DNA of 64,000 nucleotides. It comes from Escherichia coli (GTDB taxonomy: Bacteria; Pseudomonadota; Gammaproteobacteria; Enterobacterales; Enterobacteriaceae). The notes beneath the pieces are model-generated. The model was given only the letters and a program-made list of their open reading frames with translations, had not been told where the DNA came from and did not search any database. The stretch lies in the NCBI RefSeq assembly GCF_003334305.1, contig NZ_QOWS01000004.1. One strand, 5' to 3'. Made by a program: the position numbers and the translations under genes. Of this stretch, positions 60,190 through 64,000 are shown piece by piece; within the stretch, counting starts at the first letter, position 1, and the number at the start of each line of letters is the position of its first letter.

Positions 60190-61616
60190 TATTTATCCCC
60201 CAGCAAATCGCGCGCGCCCCAGTGCGGAAAGTGGCGGCGAACCAGAGCATTCAATTCCAGTTCGAATGCACTAAATTCAGATGACGCAACGGCGGCCTCG
60301 TTTTTCGGCTCATGCACCATACCGGCACCAACAGTCACGTTGCTCAGGCGATCGATAAAAATCAGCCCACCCGTCACCGGATTTTGTTGATAACGATCTA
60401 ACACCAGCGGCTCGTCAAAAGTGAGATCCACGAGGCCGATCCCATTCAGTGGCAGGTTTTCAACTTCACGCTGGGTAAGGTTATTAATATCAACCTGATA
60501 GCGAATGCCATCAACACGCGCGCGCGTCTTCTTACCGGCAATTTTGATGTCATAACTCTGGCCCGGGGAAAGCGGCTGTTCCGCCATCCATACCACATCC
60601 ACCGACGCGCTCTGCACAGCCGGTAACGCTTCGTCTGCCGCCAGCAGCAGATCGCCACGGCTGATGTCGATCTCATCCGTCAGCACCAGGGTGATCGCTT
60701 CTCCGGCAAAGGCTTCTTCGCGATCACCATCAAAAGTCACGATCCGCGCGACGTTTGATTCCACACCAGAGGGCAGCACTTTGACACGTTGCCCGACTTC
60801 CACGCGACCGGATGCCAGCGTTCCGGCGTAGCCACGAAAATCGAGATTCGGGCGGTTAACGTACTGCACCGGGAAGCGCATTGGCTGAGCATCCACCACT
60901 CGCTGGATCTCCACGGTTTCCAGCACTTCGAGCAGTGTAGGACCGCTGTACCACGGCATACTTTCACTTTGTGAAGCCACGTTGTCACCTTCCAGTGCGG
61001 AGAGCGGCACAAAGCGGATATCCAGATTCCCCGGCAGTTGCCCGGCAAAAGTCAGATAATCTTCACGAATACGTGTGAACGTCTCTTCACTGTAATCCAC
61101 CAGATCCATTTTGTTGATCGCCACGACCAGATGTTTGATCCCCAACAGTGTGGAGATAAAACTGTGACGACGGGTTTGATCGAGCACGCCTTTACGGGCA
61201 TCGATCAGTAAGATCGCCAGTTCACATGTCGATGCGCCAGTCGCCATATTGCGAGTGTACTGCTCGTGCCCTGGGGTGTCGGCGATAATAAATTTACGCT
61301 TCTCGGTAGAGAAATAGCGGTAGGCCACATCAATAGTAATGCCCTGTTCGCGCTCAGCTTGCAGGCCGTCCACCAGCAGTGCCAGATCCAGCTTTTCGCC
61401 CTGGGTGCCGTGACGCTTACTGTCGTTATGCAGCGATGAGAGCTGATCTTCGTAGATTTGGCGGGTATCGTGCAGCAGGCGACCAATCAGGGTACTTTTG
61501 CCGTCATCGACGCTACCACAGGTCAGAAAACGCAGCAGGCTTTTATGTTGTTGCGCAATCATCCAGGCTTCGACGCCGCCTTCATTAGCGATTTGTTGTG
61601 CAAGTGCGGTGTTCAT
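60189..61616 (-). CDS. cysN: Sulfate adenylyltransferase subunit 1 (GTPase)
   Basis: ORF track 475 aa; GTPase motifs GSVDDGKST and DTPGH. Confidence 0.97.
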
Positions 61617-61617
61617 C

Positions 61618-62526
61618 TTAAAAATACCCCTGACGTTTTTTCAGCTCCATAGACCCCGCCTGGTCGCGGTCAATCACGCGGCCCTGACGTTCACTGGTGG
61701 TGGAAACCAGCATCTCTTCGATGATCTCCGGCAGTGTTTGTGCATTTGACTCCACCGCACCGGTCAGCGGCCAGCAGCCCAGCGTACGGAAACGCACCAT
61801 CCGTTTTTTAATCACTTCGCCCGGTTGCAGGTCGATACGGTTGTCATCAATCATCATCAACATACCGTCGCGTTCCAGAACCGGACGTTCCGCAGCGAGA
61901 TACAGCGGCACAATGTCGATATTTTCCAGCCAGATGTATTGCCAGATATCCTGCTCGGTCCAGTTAGAGAGCGGGAAGACGCGGATGCTTTCGCCTTTGT
62001 TAATTTGCCCGTTGTAGTTGTGCCACAGCTCCGGGCGCTGATTTTTCGGATCCCAGCGATGGAAGCGGTCACGGAAAGAGTAGATTCGCTCTTTAGCGCG
62101 GGATTTCTCTTCGTCACGGCGCGCACCACCGAAGGCGGCATCAAAACCGTATTTGTTCAGCGCCTGTTTCAGGCCTTCAGTTTTCATAATATCGGTATGT
62201 TTCGCGCTGCCGTGCACGAATGGATTAATCCCCATCGCCACGCCTTCCGGGTTTTTATGCACCAGCAGCTCGCAGCCGTAGGCTTTCGCCGTACGATCGC
62301 GGAACTCATACATCTCGCGGAATTTCCAGCCGGTATCGACATGCAGCAACGGGAAAGGCAGCGTACCTGGATAAAACGCCTTGCGCGCCAGATGCAGCAT
62401 GACGCTGGAATCTTTACCGATAGAGTAGAGCATCACCGGATTTGAGAATTCTGCCGCCACCTCGCGAATAATGTGGATGCTTTCCGCCTCCAGTTGCCGC
62501 AGGTGAGTAAGTCGTTTTTGATCCAT
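61618..62526 (-). CDS. cysD: Sulfate adenylyltransferase subunit 2
   Basis: ORF track 302 aa; PAPS-reductase-like motif [15 protein letters not shown]. Confidence 0.97.
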   Translation of the reverse strand: MDQKRLTHLRQLEAESIHIIREVAAEFSNPVMLYSIGKDSSVMLHLARKAFYPGTLPFPLLHVDTGWKFREMYEFRDRTAKAYGCELLVHKNPEGVAMGINPFVHGSAKHTDIMKTEGLKQALNKYGFDAAFGGARRDEEKSRAKERIYSFRDRFHRWDPKNQRPELWHNYNGQINKGESIRVFPLSNWTEQDIWQYIWLENIDIVPLYLAAERPVLERDGMLMMIDDNRIDLQPGEVIKKRMVRFRTLGCWPLTGAVESNAQTLPEIIEEMLVSTTSERQGRVIDRDQAGSMELKKRQGYF

Positions 62527-62777
62527 AACCGTTCCTTTGCAATACCGCTATTTTCTTGCCATCAGATGTTTCGACTATAGGGAGCGTAAGAGAACGAATG
62601 AAATTACCAATTAGAATGAGTAGTTCCTTAACGGAATAACGATTTGGCAAAGCTAATATCAAAAAGTGCTTAAGGCACCGGATTTCGGGCGTTTAGGAAG
62701 ATTTGAAATTGTTTTAGCGCAGCGGCAGTTTCATACTATGGCGGTAAAAAAATTTGCATGGTATTTAAGGACTCACT

Positions 62778-63815
62778 ATGTTTTCCGCATTGCGCCACCG
62801 TACCGCTGCCCTGGCGCTCGGCGTATGCTTTATTCTCCCCGTACACGCCTCGTCACCTAAACCTGGCGATTTTGCTAATACCCAGGCACGACATATTGCT
62901 ACTTTCTTTCCGGGACGCATGACCGGAACTCCAGCAGAAATGTTATCTGCCGATTATATTCGCCAACAGTTTCAGCAAATGGGTTATCGCAGTGATATTC
63001 GGACATTTAATAGTCGGTATATTTATACCGCCCGCGATAATCGCAAGAACTGGCATAACGTGACAGGAAGTACGGTGATTGCCGCTCATGAAGGCAAAGC
63101 GCCGCAGCAGATCATCATTATGGCGCATCTGGATACTTACGCCCCGCTGAGCGATGCTGACGCCGATGCCAATCTCGGCGGGCTGACGTTACAAGGAATG
63201 GATGATAACGCCGCAGGTTTAGGTGTCATGCTGGAATTGGCAGAACGCCTGAAAAATACGCCTACCGAGTATGGTATTCGATTTGTGGCGACCAGCGGCG
63301 AAGAGGAAGGGAAATTAGGCGCTGAGAATTTACTCAAGCGGATGAGTGACACCGAAAAGAAAAATACGCTGCTGGTGATTAATCTCGATAACTTAATTGT
63401 TGGCGATAAATTGTATTTCAACAGCGGTGTAAAAACTCCTGAAGCAGTAAGGAAATTAACGCGCGACAGGGCGCTGGCAATTGCGCGCAGTCACGGAATA
63501 GCCGCAACGACCAACCCGGGTTTGAATAAAAATTATCCGAAAGGCACTGGGTGTTGTAATGACGCAGAAATATTCGACAAAGCGGGCATTGCTGTACTTT
63601 CGGTGGAAGCGACTAACTGGAATCTTGGGAATAAGGATGGTTATCAGCAACGCGCAAAAACACCTGCCTTCCCGGCGGGAAATAGCTGGAATGACGTAAG
63701 ACTGGATAATCAACAACATATTGATAAGGCACTTCCTGGAAGAATAGAACGTCGCTGCCGTGACGTTATGCGGATAATGCTACCGTTGGTGAAGGAGCTG
63801 GCGAAGGCGTCTTGA
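62778..63815 (+). CDS. iap: Alkaline phosphatase isozyme conversion aminopeptidase (M28 family)
   Basis: ORF track 345 aa with signal peptide MFSALRHRTAALALGVCFILPVHA. Confidence 0.93.
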   Translation: MFSALRHRTAALALGVCFILPVHASSPKPGDFANTQARHIATFFPGRMTGTPAEMLSADYIRQQFQQMGYRSDIRTFNSRYIYTARDNRKNWHNVTGSTVIAAHEGKAPQQIIIMAHLDTYAPLSDADADANLGGLTLQGMDDNAAGLGVMLELAERLKNTPTEYGIRFVATSGEEEGKLGAENLLKRMSDTEKKNTLLVINLDNLIVGDKLYFNSGVKTPEAVRKLTRDRALAIARSHGIAATTNPGLNKNYPKGTGCCNDAEIFDKAGIAVLSVEATNWNLGNKDGYQQRAKTPAFPAGNSWNDVRLDNQQHIDKALPGRIERRCRDVMRIMLPLVKELAKAS

Positions 63816-63835
63816 TGGGTTTGAAAATGGGAGCT

Positions 63836-64000
63836 GGGAGTTCTACCGCAGGGGCGGGGAATTCTAAGTGATATCCATCATCGCATCCAGTGCGCCCGGT
63901 TTATCCCCGCTGGCGCGGGGAACACTCACGCGCTGTTACCCAGTCCCTTTTTTTCAGCGGTTTATCCCCGCTGGCGCGGGGAACACCGCCGCGGACTCAC
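63836..64000. CRISPR. Leader-distal end of a type I-E CRISPR array: degenerate terminal repeat, two 29-nt repeats, 32-nt spacers; runs off the window
   Basis: Repeat cggtttatccccgctggcgcggggaacac at 63897-63925 and 63958-63986; spacers at 63865-63896 and 63926-63957; degenerate copy gggagttctaccgcaggggcggggaattc at 63836-63864 (18/29 match). Confidence 0.93.

Noticed and set aside
63836-64000. CRISPR array considered as part of a novel defence locus
   Set aside because: Repeat sequence, length and spacer size are those of the canonical E. coli type I-E array next to iap; cas genes are simply outside the window.

Overview
This window is Escherichia coli chromosome, syntenic with the K-12 map from the serV-argV-argY tRNA cluster through csrA-alaS-recX-recA, pncC, mltB, the srl/gut sorbitol operon, norR-norVW, hypF, hydN, ascGFB, the hyc/hyp/fhlA formate hydrogenlyase cluster, ygbA, mutS, pphB, ygbI-N, rpoS-nlpD-pcm-surE-truD-ispFD-ftsB-ygbE-cysCND, iap and the first repeats of a type I-E CRISPR array. 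Almost every base is accounted for by well-known genes. Three places depart from the K-12 layout as I remember it, so this looks like a non-K-12 strain: (1) a ~1.3 kb two-gene islet between ascB and hycI, carrying a HigA-family HTH protein with no HigB partner and a Sec-exported protein of unknown function that starts 24 nt after the hycI stop; (2) a recA-recX intergenic region of 242 bp instead of ~70 bp, containing a GC-rich palindromic element; (3) the ecdBCD/hosA decarboxylase island between ygbN and rpoS, a known polymorphism of the mutS-rpoS region. I do not see a convincing multi-gene novel system (defence island, secretion system, biosynthetic cluster); the ascB-hycI islet is the only unexplained biology and is only moderately supported. 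No searches or computations were run: all calls come from reading the sequence and the ORF track, hand-located motif coordinates may be off by 1-2 nt, and comparisons to K-12 are from memory.
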